From sequence record SRR31156797_15306: 48,759 nt of DNA, one strand, 5' to 3'. The notes beneath the pieces are model-generated. The model was not told the DNA's origin, ran no database searches, and saw only the letters and a list, made by a program, of their open reading frames with translations. Shown here one piece after another: positions 30,543-39,279 of this stretch (position 1 is the stretch's first letter; each line of letters opens with the position of its first letter). The position numbers and the translations under genes are program-made.

Positions 30543-33500
30543 ATGAGAAAACTAACGACTACGATGAAAGCCCTCATGCTTGTAGCAGCCTTTATTTGGT
30601 CTGCAACAGGTGCGACGGCTCAAACGCTAATTATTAGCGAAGTAGTGGATGGCACCGGTAGCGGTGGTTATCCAAAATATGTTGAAATTACAAACGTAGG
30701 TGGTGCCTCTGCAGACCTTACAGGTATGAAAATTCGCAAATCATCTAATGGTGGTGCATTTGCAGATGCATATACATTTGGTGCTGTTTCATTACCTGCA
30801 GGCGAGAGTATTGTTGTTGCAAATTTAGACAATGCTACTGCAGGTCAATTATGGACAGATTTCGGTTTAACTGCTCCAACCAACGTGATTCATGGTGCAA
30901 CAAATATAAATGGTAACGGTGATGATGCCTATGCTTTTACAGATGGTTCTGACGTTATTGTTGATATTTACGGTGCAGAAGCTGATGGAACTGGACTAGA
31001 TTGGGAATACCTTGATAGTTATTCTTACAGAAACGCTAGTGTAGTTACTCCAAACACTACATTTGATGCTGCTGAATGGACTCTTCCTGGAATTAATGTA
31101 TTGGATGGTCAAGCAGCAGATCTATCATCATTCTTAACTCCTGGAACACACACATTTGATTCAGGCTCAGTTGATCCGGAACCAACCAACCACGTTACAA
31201 GTTTTGCAGCTGCTGAAGATGACGCATTTTCTATTACTTTAACTTGGGCAGACAATGACGGAGCACAAGCAGCTGATGCTTTCTTAATTAAAGCTAACAC
31301 AGGAGCAATTACTCCTCCTGTTGACTTAACTGAAGAAGCTGATGATACTGATTTAAGTGACGGTGCAGGAGCTGTAAATGTTGCTCACGGAACTGAAACT
31401 TATTCATTCACAGGTTTAGATGCTGCAACTACTTACAACTTTGAAATTTATCCTTACACTAACTCCGGTGCTGATATTGATTTCAAAACTGACGGGACTG
31501 TACCTTCTGCAAGTGCTACAACAATGGCTGGTGGAACTTTAGGTTGGTACAATCTTCAATGGCCGCACGATAGTACAACTACTGTAGGTGCTGAATATAT
31601 TGTTTATGCTCAGGCTTGGGAAGATGGTGTTACAAACGCTGCCGGACAAGGAGCTGGAATTGAAGTATGGATTGGATATAGCACTGACAATACTGACCCA
31701 AGTACATGGACAAACTGGGTACCTGCTTCTTATTTTGGAGAGTCAGGAAATAATGATGAATATACAGCTGACTTAAGCACAGCTTTAACTTCTGCTGGTA
31801 CTTATTACTATGCAAGTCGTTTCCAATTTAATGGTGGAGACTATATGTATGGTGGTACTACAGGTCCTTGGGATGGAACTGGTAGCATAAGCGGCGTAGT
31901 TAATATTACATGGGAGCCTATATCTTTACCTTACACTCGAGATTTTGAGACCGGTGATTTAAACACCGATGGTTGGACTACACAAGTTGTAGTTGGAGCT
32001 AATGATTGGTACTATAAAGAATTTAGTGGAGATCATTTTGCCGAGATGAAAAACTATTACGGAGGAAATACTGCTGCTGAAGCATGGTTTATATCACCAA
32101 CAATTGACCTTTCCGGTGCAACTACACCTCTATTTAGTTTCAACAATGCTTGCAACTATTCAGGTGATGATATAGCGGTTTATGTATCCACAGATTTTGC
32201 AGGAGATGTTACAACTGCAACGTGGGATACTCTTGCTCCTGTTTTATCTACTGGTGGTTGGAGTGAAGTAAATTCTGGAGATCTTGATCTAACTGCTTAT
32301 GTAGGTGGTGATGCTTATGTTGCCATAAAATATCTAGGAACTGATTCTGATGGTAAAACATGGCAAATTGATGATATTACACTTGTAGAAGCACCGCTTC
32401 TTCAAGCTCCTGTTATTGCTGATATTGCAACAACACCGGAATATCCAACTTCAAGTGATGCTATTTCAGTTTCAGCTGATGTTACAGATGCTGATGGAAC
32501 TGTTTCAACAGTTACATTAAACTGGGGAACTGAGTCAGGTACTTTAGGCAATTCAATTGCTATGATTCAAACTTCTAAAGCATACTACGAAACAGAAACA
32601 GATATTCCCGTTCAAGCAAATGGAACAACTGTATATTACGAAATCGTTGCAGAAGATAATGATGCACAAACTACAACTACAGAAGAAATGATGGTTGAGG
32701 TAATTGATGCTGCAACAACAACTATTCCTTATAATGAAACTTTTGATGCTGATTTAGGTGCAGCTTATCCATTCAGTGTATTAGGTGATACAAAAAATTG
32801 GTATCACAATGGATCAGATGCCGCTGCAAAAATGAATGGATACAACTCTGGTGAAGATGAAGAAGACTGGTTGATTTTACCAGCTGTTGATCTATCAGCT
32901 AAAGCTAATGAAGTAATTAGTTTTGATTCTTGGATGGATTATAGTTTTGCTGAGGATGCAACAAATTATTTCAAATTAATGTATTCAGAAGATTATGCTG
33001 GTACAGGTGATCCTTCAGCTGCAACATGGAATGAATTAACATTTGTAAAGCCAGCAGCTGATGATACATGGACTAGCTCAGGTGATGTTGATCTTTCAAG
33101 TATTAATGGAGCAAGCGTATATATTGCTTTCAAATATTACTATGATGCTGGAACTTATGCAACATGGCAAGTAGATAACATCAGTATTCGTGAATACAAT
33201 CCTGCAACTCAATTAGTAGTAACTTCTGTTACTCCAGAATCTCCTTATGTAGGACAATCATTCGAGGTTGTTGTTGAAGCACAAGATGCATCTGGAATTG
33301 CATCAAATGTTGAGCAAGATACAGATTTACAACTTAATTTAGCTGTAGGTACAGGTGCAATCACAGGTACCACAACAGGAACGATTACAACAGGTACTAG
33401 TTCGTTTACTTTCAGTGGATTAGCTTATGATGTTGTTGAAACAATTGAAGTAAATATTTCTGCTACAGCAGGAATGGCACTAACTACTACAGCTAACGAA

Positions 33501-35996
33501 AGTATTGTGGTTAATGAAGTGCCTGCTATCCCTAATGTATTTATCTCAGAATATATTGAAGGTTCTTCAAATAACAAAGCAGTTGAAATTTATAATGGTA
33601 CTGGCGCAGAACTTGATCTAACAAGTTTCTCTTTACAAAAGTCATCTAATGGTGATGGCGTTTGGGATAATGAAGCCGTATTAACTGGAACACTTGCTGC
33701 TGGTGAAGTATTTGTTGCTGCTAATGATGCTGCTGATGCTTCTATTTTAAATCTTGCTGATGCTGCTTATAGTTATCCGAGTCCTATTCACTATAATGGT
33801 AACGATGCAGTTGGGCTATTCTATAACGGACTATTAATTGATGTTATTGGAGTTCCTGACGAGGATACAATCTGGACAGTTGCTGGTGTTGTTGAAGCTG
33901 CAGCAGAACACACACTCGTTCGTAAATACCCTGATGTAACTATTGGTAATACAGATTGGGCTGCTTCAGCTGGTACAAATGCTGATGATTCAGAGTGGAT
34001 TGTTTATGATCAAAATGAATTCTCATACATTGGATGGCATGGTACACCTCCTACGGAGCCTGTTATTAACAATATTGTTGTTACACCGGAAGCTCCAACA
34101 TCTACTGACGCTGTTTCAATTTCAGCTGTTGTAACTGATGATGGAACTGTTGACTCCGTTTCTCTAAGCTGGGGATTAGTTTCTGGTACTTTAGACAACG
34201 TAATTAACATGTCTCTAAGTTCAGATGATATTTATGTAACCGACACTGATATTCCTGCTCAAGCTGATGGCACAATTGTATATTATCAGATTGTAGCTAT
34301 TGATAATGATATGAGTGAAACAATGACATCAGAAATGATGTATGAAGTTGAAGACATTAATATTGTAACGGTTCCTGATATCGCTACATTAAGAGGAAGC
34401 GCTCAAGATGGAACTGTTTATGAAATAACTGGTGAAGTAATTGTTACTTATCAGCAAGCAGAAGGTCCAAGAGTATTCTTACAAGATGCAACTGGTGGAA
34501 TCATGATCTATGATAGTAATGATGAAATCACAACTGTTTATGACAGATATGATGGTATTACTGGTGTGACTGGTACGCTAACAGAGTTTTCTGAGCTTGT
34601 AGAATTAGTTCCAACTGAAGATGCTGGCGCTCCAACATCAACCGGAAACACAATTACTCCAGAAACAGTTACAATTGCTGATCTGTTAGCTACTGTTTCT
34701 GATTATGAATCTGAGCTAATACTTCTTGAAAGTTTAACTTTTGAAGATGCTGGTGGAACTTTTGCTGCCGGAACAAATTACGATCTTACTAATGGAACTG
34801 AAACATTAACATTCAGAACACAGTTCTCAGAGGCTGATTATATTGGTGAAACAATTCCTTCTGGGCCTCAAAACATAGTTGCATTAGTTGGTAATTATAA
34901 TGGTACAGCGCAAATTACATCTCGTGATTTTGCTGATATGACAGCTGCTGCAACGGATGCTCCAATTGTTTCTAATATTGTAATTGATCCTGTTCAACCT
35001 ACAACTGCTGATGAAGTAAATGTAACAGTTACTGTTGTAGATGCTGATGCAAACTTAGCTTCAGTTGTGTTAATGTGGGGAGAAGAGTTAGTTGACAATG
35101 AAATTACTATGCAATTGGTAAGTGGTGACACTTGGGAAACTTCAAGTCCAATTCCTGCCCAAGACAACCTAACTGAGATTCATTTTACAATTACAGCAAC
35201 AGATGATGATAGTAATGAAGGTTCAGCAAGCAGTATGTATACTGTGTACGATCCTTATACTGGAGATCTTCCATTTGTTGAGCCATTCATTACAAGCTTA
35301 AATGAAATGACTGGTGTGAATGTTTCAGGTGATCAGGATTGGTATTGGGATGAATATGAAGGAGATACTTATGCAAGAATGTCTGGCTATGCTGGAGGGG
35401 CTGTTGCAAATGAAGATTGGTTGATTACTCCAGCTTTAGACTTCTCAGAAGTTACTAATGCCTCATTGATATTTGACGAAGCATTCAGATATGCTGGCGT
35501 AGCTGATGATGAATTAGAAGTGTATGTATCTGCTGACTATGACGGTGCTGGAGATCCATCTACTGCAACATGGACAGAAATGGTTATTACTGGACGTGCA
35601 TCTGGATTTGATCTTAACTTTGTTACTGTAAACGAAATTAGTCTTGACGATTATGCTGGAGAAGCTTCAGTATATGTAGCATTTAAATATACATCAACAG
35701 ACGAAATCGCTGCAACATGGTTAGTTGATAATATCATGATTGACGGTGGAGTTGGCATTGCAAACACAACTGTAAACAACCTATCTATCTATCCTAACCC
35801 TGCACAAAACGAAGTATTTGTAGCTGGTGTTGAGAACATTACTAATGTTCAGATTCTTTCATTAGACGGAAAAGTTGTAATGAGCGAACAAACTAACAAT
35901 AACCGTATCGATGTTTCATCTGTAAACGATGGAATGTACATCATGCGCGTTATTAGCGGAAATGAAGTTTATACTACACGTTTCGTGAAAGAATAA
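30543..35996 (+). CDS. Large acidic T9SS type A CTD surface protein with lamin-tail, jelly-roll (DUF5017/choice-of-anchor J-like), Ig-like and OB-like modules
   Basis: Signal peptide; LTD-like IISEV...YVEITN and FISEYIEGSSNNKAVEIYNGTG; 3x WLI.P..D.S...F.Y...WQ.D modules; 3x Ig-like repeats; C-terminal IYPNPA...GMYI...FVKE. Confidence 0.88.
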   Translation: MRKLTTTMKALMLVAAFIWSATGATAQTLIISEVVDGTGSGGYPKYVEITNVGGASADLTGMKIRKSSNGGAFADAYTFGAVSLPAGESIVVANLDNATAGQLWTDFGLTAPTNVIHGATNINGNGDDAYAFTDGSDVIVDIYGAEADGTGLDWEYLDSYSYRNASVVTPNTTFDAAEWTLPGINVLDGQAADLSSFLTPGTHTFDSGSVDPEPTNHVTSFAAAEDDAFSITLTWADNDGAQAADAFLIKANTGAITPPVDLTEEADDTDLSDGAGAVNVAHGTETYSFTGLDAATTYNFEIYPYTNSGADIDFKTDGTVPSASATTMAGGTLGWYNLQWPHDSTTTVGAEYIVYAQAWEDGVTNAAGQGAGIEVWIGYSTDNTDPSTWTNWVPASYFGESGNNDEYTADLSTALTSAGTYYYASRFQFNGGDYMYGGTTGPWDGTGSISGVVNITWEPISLPYTRDFETGDLNTDGWTTQVVVGANDWYYKEFSGDHFAEMKNYYGGNTAAEAWFISPTIDLSGATTPLFSFNNACNYSGDDIAVYVSTDFAGDVTTATWDTLAPVLSTGGWSEVNSGDLDLTAYVGGDAYVAIKYLGTDSDGKTWQIDDITLVEAPLLQAPVIADIATTPEYPTSSDAISVSADVTDADGTVSTVTLNWGTESGTLGNSIAMIQTSKAYYETETDIPVQANGTTVYYEIVAEDNDAQTTTTEEMMVEVIDAATTTIPYNETFDADLGAAYPFSVLGDTKNWYHNGSDAAAKMNGYNSGEDEEDWLILPAVDLSAKANEVISFDSWMDYSFAEDATNYFKLMYSEDYAGTGDPSAATWNELTFVKPAADDTWTSSGDVDLSSINGASVYIAFKYYYDAGTYATWQVDNISIREYNPATQLVVTSVTPESPYVGQSFEVVVEAQDASGIASNVEQDTDLQLNLAVGTGAITGTTTGTITTGTSSFTFSGLAYDVVETIEVNISATAGMALTTTANESIVVNEVPAIPNVFISEYIEGSSNNKAVEIYNGTGAELDLTSFSLQKSSNGDGVWDNEAVLTGTLAAGEVFVAANDAADASILNLADAAYSYPSPIHYNGNDAVGLFYNGLLIDVIGVPDEDTIWTVAGVVEAAAEHTLVRKYPDVTIGNTDWAASAGTNADDSEWIVYDQNEFSYIGWHGTPPTEPVINNIVVTPEAPTSTDAVSISAVVTDDGTVDSVSLSWGLVSGTLDNVINMSLSSDDIYVTDTDIPAQADGTIVYYQIVAIDNDMSETMTSEMMYEVEDINIVTVPDIATLRGSAQDGTVYEITGEVIVTYQQAEGPRVFLQDATGGIMIYDSNDEITTVYDRYDGITGVTGTLTEFSELVELVPTEDAGAPTSTGNTITPETVTIADLLATVSDYESELILLESLTFEDAGGTFAAGTNYDLTNGTETLTFRTQFSEADYIGETIPSGPQNIVALVGNYNGTAQITSRDFADMTAAATDAPIVSNIVIDPVQPTTADEVNVTVTVVDADANLASVVLMWGEELVDNEITMQLVSGDTWETSSPIPAQDNLTEIHFTITATDDDSNEGSASSMYTVYDPYTGDLPFVEPFITSLNEMTGVNVSGDQDWYWDEYEGDTYARMSGYAGGAVANEDWLITPALDFSEVTNASLIFDEAFRYAGVADDELEVYVSADYDGAGDPSTATWTEMVITGRASGFDLNFVTVNEISLDDYAGEASVYVAFKYTSTDEIAATWLVDNIMIDGGVGIANTTVNNLSIYPNPAQNEVFVAGVENITNVQILSLDGKVVMSEQTNNNRIDVSSVNDGMYIMRVISGNEVYTTRFVKE

Positions 35997-36125
35997 GCGC
36001 TACCGCGCGAATCTTTCGCGTGGGTGTACGAACTAAAATAAAAGTAACAAAAGAGGCCACCTCTCGGTAGCCTCTTTTTTTTGCTTACGCACACCTCACT
36101 AACTCTCCTAAAGGAGAGAACCTCC
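35997..36125 (+). repeat. REP-terminator-REP module, copy A
   Basis: AATCTTTCGCGTGGG shared with 45691-45705; hairpin AGAGGCCACC..GGTAGCCTCT; ACCTCACTAACTCT shared with 48725-48738. Confidence 0.75.
36049..36082 (+). terminator. Intrinsic terminator after T9SS gene
   Basis: AAAAGAGGCCACC-TCTC-GGTAGCCTCTTTTTTTT. Confidence 0.8.
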
Positions 36126-36680
36126 AACGCACCCGCTATCTAAGGCATAGTGTTTTAAGAAAACTCAAAATTCAAAAGCGAAGTGAATTGGATTTTGTAA
36201 GTTGAACGAATCCCGATACGCTGCGCTATCGGGATAAGCCTGGGCGCACCTTCTTTTCCTAAAGGAATCCAGCCCGCAGGAGCTGGGATTGGAATAAATT
36301 TATAGACATCCGTAATAGGGCGCGTGAGGGTTTCCCCCTTTAGAGCCTGTCCCGAGAATCGGGAGGGTTGGGGGGTGCGCGTATGGAGGTTCACTCACAC
36401 CTTCTTGTCCTAAAGCCTGCCTGACAGACAAGCATATAGACCTAACAGGTTTTTGAAACCTGTTAGGTCTTTTGTTTTTCCAGCTCACACTCAGTGCGTC
36501 TTCAAGACGCGCCTAGTGTTTTGCAAAGGTTTTATTGCTATTGCTCCGCAGGCCATTGAGCACTTCTACGCTCAGTGACCAGCATGAAGTTGGGAAAGCG
36601 CATATCAAAATGGCCGTTCGTTTCGATTCACATAACCCAACGCTAAGAGCCACTCAACGAACTACCGTTTCGATTCATTT
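36104..36680. repeat. Mosaic cluster of unrelated palindromic REP-like elements
   Basis: ATCCCGATA..TATCGGGAT (36210-36235), TCCCGA..TCGGGA (36350-36364), perfect 15-bp-arm palindrome AGACCTAACAGGTTT-TTG-AAACCTGTTAGGTCT (36438-36470), GCGTCTT-C-AAGACGC (36496-36510), direct repeats 36247-36264/36398-36415 and 36619-36630/36666-36677. Confidence 0.8.
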
Positions 36681-36890
36681 TTTTTCACTCATAAAGAATT
36701 TTCAAATGCTGGAGTTAATAAAAACAAAAAATCTGCTTTCTCACCCACCCTTTTCCGTTAATTCAACTCTTAAAAAGCACAAAACCCCACGTAAAAACAC
36801 CTGTTCATGTTGTTACAAAACTCTTATTGCACACAATGTGTAATCTTTAATAATGGCTTAATTATAAGCTGATTATAATTTTTTACAATA

Positions 36891-36924
36891 ACCGCTTATA
36901 CAAAAAACCATACCGCTTATACAA
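36891..36924 (+). promoter_or_regulatory. Direct-repeat operator (LytTR-type spacing)
   Basis: ACCGCTTATACAA at 36891-36903 and 36912-36924, 21-bp period, just upstream of a promoter. Confidence 0.6.
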
Positions 36925-36949
36925 TTGTGAAAAATAACATTCCACAGCT

Positions 36950-36981
36950 CTTGCAGGTATTTTTACCTGGTTTTATATTTG
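36950..36981 (+). promoter_or_regulatory. Promoter of the fibre/T9SS/Rhs cassette
   Basis: CTTG (36950-36953) - 20 nt - TATATTTG (36974-36981). Confidence 0.65.
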
Positions 36982-37030
36982 CGCCATTATTTAACTAATT
37001 GTAAATTAAAAATTTAACGGAAAACAGATC

Positions 37031-38785
37031 ATGAAAAAAGTGATTACAGTTTTAGTGATCGTGTGCAGCACATTATCACTATTTGCTCAAAATGAAACAA
37101 AAATTGAAAACAGCAAAGGGACACAACCTTTACCCGCAACAGAAGATGCATTCACATTTGACGGAAGATATATTCTTTCTAATCGGGATGCTTCCAGAAT
37201 TGGACTAGGAACATCTAGCCCCTTAAAATTCTTCCATGTACAAGGAGATAGTTATTTCTCTTCAAAAGTTGGAATAGGGACCTCTAATCCTAGTACTGCT
37301 TTAGATGTAAATGGAACAATTAAGGCAACTAGTATTGAAGCTTCTAACTATATTGGTATAAAAGAAGGATTATGGGAAGAAAGAGCCACGGGAACTATCT
37401 ATTATAATGGAAGTATCGGCATTAATATTGCAGAGCCTAGAGAAGCTTTTCATATAGGAACTGGAAATGCATTAATTGAAGGTAATATTACGGGGAATAG
37501 TAATTTATTCATAAATGGCAAAGTAGGAATTGGAAAAGAAACAGCAGATTCAGAACTTGATGTTGCTGGTGATTTTTCAATCATTGGAGACAACACAGCC
37601 TTTGGGAAAGGAAAACTGATTTTTAGTAATAATAGTCAAGTTACAAAATTCCACCAAACCAGCGAGGGTTTAAATATAGTACCGAGTACTGATCTTGATA
37701 CAAGGACTATTATTAAATCAAATGGAGATGTTGAAGTTGGGGGTGATTTTAAATCACATAGTATTATTACGGGAGGAGTTACTGCAACAAGTTTAAATCT
37801 TGCGATGCCTTTTAGCAATTCAGAATTAAACTTTTCTGCTGCAAATGGTGTAACTTCTAAAATTCAATACTCTGAAAATGGATTAATTATTTTTCCGGGA
37901 GAAGAACTAGATACTGAAACAATATTGCGACCAAATGGAGATTTAGAAGTAAGTGGAAAAATTCAAACTGGAACCGTTAGTTCCGGAAAAGTTGAAACCA
38001 CCAATTTAGAATTAATAATGCCTTTTTCTCCAAATAAATTTAATTTGACGCAAACATCAGAAGGTCTAGAAATTATTCCTTCAGAAGATCCAACCAAGAA
38101 AACTATATTTAAGTCAAACGGGGATGTGGAATTCACTGGGAATATTATTGGAGTTGAATCATCACATTGGAATTTCGAAAATAGCAATTTAACTTTTACA
38201 GAAGGCAATGTAGGTATTGGAACAGATAACCCAGATTACAAACTTGATATAAGAGGATTTGTTTCAATTGGTGGAAGTGATTTAAGATTAGGGATACATG
38301 ACGGACGAGATCAAGGTACAAAGTTAGCAAATAGAGCTCTGGTACATGGTGAATTAGATAATTTAATTATCAATTATAGTGGCGACTTTGAAGGTGGTAT
38401 TAGAATGATGGGTCCTAAAGTTTCTGTAGATGGAGATTTTACAACAGGCGTTACCAAACTTCTATCAGACAAAATGGTAGTAGACGGAACAATCTATGCT
38501 ACAGAAGTACAAATCGTAAATAGCTCAGAATTACCACAATCTGACTACGTTTTTGAATCTGATTACAAACTACGTACATTAGAAGAAGTTGAGCAATTTG
38601 TGAAAACGAACAAGCACCTTCCTGAAGTTCCTTCAGCAGCTGACTTTAAAGAAAACGGATACTCAATTGGACAAATGGATGATATCCTTTTACGCAAAGT
38701 GGAAGAGCTTACCTTATACATTATTGCTCAGGAAAAAAGAATTCAAAAGCTTGAAGAAGAGAATAATAAGCTGAAAGGAGAGTAA
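37031..38785 (+). CDS. Secreted tail-fibre-like protein with VGIGT repeats and C-terminal peptidase S74-like chaperone/coiled coil
   Basis: Signal peptide; repeated (V/I)GIGT..P...LDV.G; three internal repeats ending NGD(V/L)E..G; C-terminal DYVF..DYKL..L.EVE.FV..NKHLP.VPSA...LL.KVEELTLY.I coiled coil. Confidence 0.8.
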   Translation: MKKVITVLVIVCSTLSLFAQNETKIENSKGTQPLPATEDAFTFDGRYILSNRDASRIGLGTSSPLKFFHVQGDSYFSSKVGIGTSNPSTALDVNGTIKATSIEASNYIGIKEGLWEERATGTIYYNGSIGINIAEPREAFHIGTGNALIEGNITGNSNLFINGKVGIGKETADSELDVAGDFSIIGDNTAFGKGKLIFSNNSQVTKFHQTSEGLNIVPSTDLDTRTIIKSNGDVEVGGDFKSHSIITGGVTATSLNLAMPFSNSELNFSAANGVTSKIQYSENGLIIFPGEELDTETILRPNGDLEVSGKIQTGTVSSGKVETTNLELIMPFSPNKFNLTQTSEGLEIIPSEDPTKKTIFKSNGDVEFTGNIIGVESSHWNFENSNLTFTEGNVGIGTDNPDYKLDIRGFVSIGGSDLRLGIHDGRDQGTKLANRALVHGELDNLIINYSGDFEGGIRMMGPKVSVDGDFTTGVTKLLSDKMVVDGTIYATEVQIVNSSELPQSDYVFESDYKLRTLEEVEQFVKTNKHLPEVPSAADFKENGYSIGQMDDILLRKVEELTLYIIAQEKRIQKLEEENNKLKGE

Positions 38786-38787
38786 TC

Positions 38788-39258
38788 ATGAAAAAGATAA
38801 CCATATTAATGTGGTTGCTTATGGCTTTGGGTTTCCATGCCATAGGGCAATCAACCTATGAAGTACAGTTTGATTATGATGCTGCAGGCAATCGCACAAA
38901 AGTAATTGTAGTAAATTTACTTACCCAGTTACAAAGCACTAATGAAGAGTTGATTACTGATGGTTTAATCAGCGAGGAACAATTCATTAACGAAGAAAAC
39001 GGTATAAGCGATAATGTATCTGACCAGCAATTCACCATATACCCCAACCCTACCAAAGGATTGGTATATTACCGAAGCACTGTACCTGAAAACACAGAAG
39101 GTACAGTAATAATTGCAGATGCAAATGGTCGTATTGTAGAAAATACCCAATTACAAGCTAATGGTACGTTGGACTTCTCCAAGTTTTCCAACGGAATATA
39201 TTTCGTAAGAGTGACCCTCAAAGGTGACACCTCTTATTGGAAAATAATTAAAGAATAG
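38788..39258 (+). CDS. Small T9SS type A CTD protein with N-terminal YD (YDAAGNR) strand
   Basis: Signal peptide, FDYDAAGNR, acidic linker, IYPNPTKG...GIYFVRV...WKIIKE. Confidence 0.85.
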   Translation: MKKITILMWLLMALGFHAIGQSTYEVQFDYDAAGNRTKVIVVNLLTQLQSTNEELITDGLISEEQFINEENGISDNVSDQQFTIYPNPTKGLVYYRSTVPENTEGTVIIADANGRIVENTQLQANGTLDFSKFSNGIYFVRVTLKGDTSYWKIIKE

Positions 39259-39279
39259 AAAACAGCTAAATAATTAATT

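Noticed and set aside
35997-36680. CRISPR array or tRNA/known ncRNA in the repeat-rich spacer
   Set aside because: No regularly spaced identical repeats with unique spacers, no cas genes, no cloverleaf
36155-36843. Short ORFs 36155-36394, 36300-36488 and 36535-36843
   Set aside because: They run across palindromic repeats, have no protein motifs and are probably spurious
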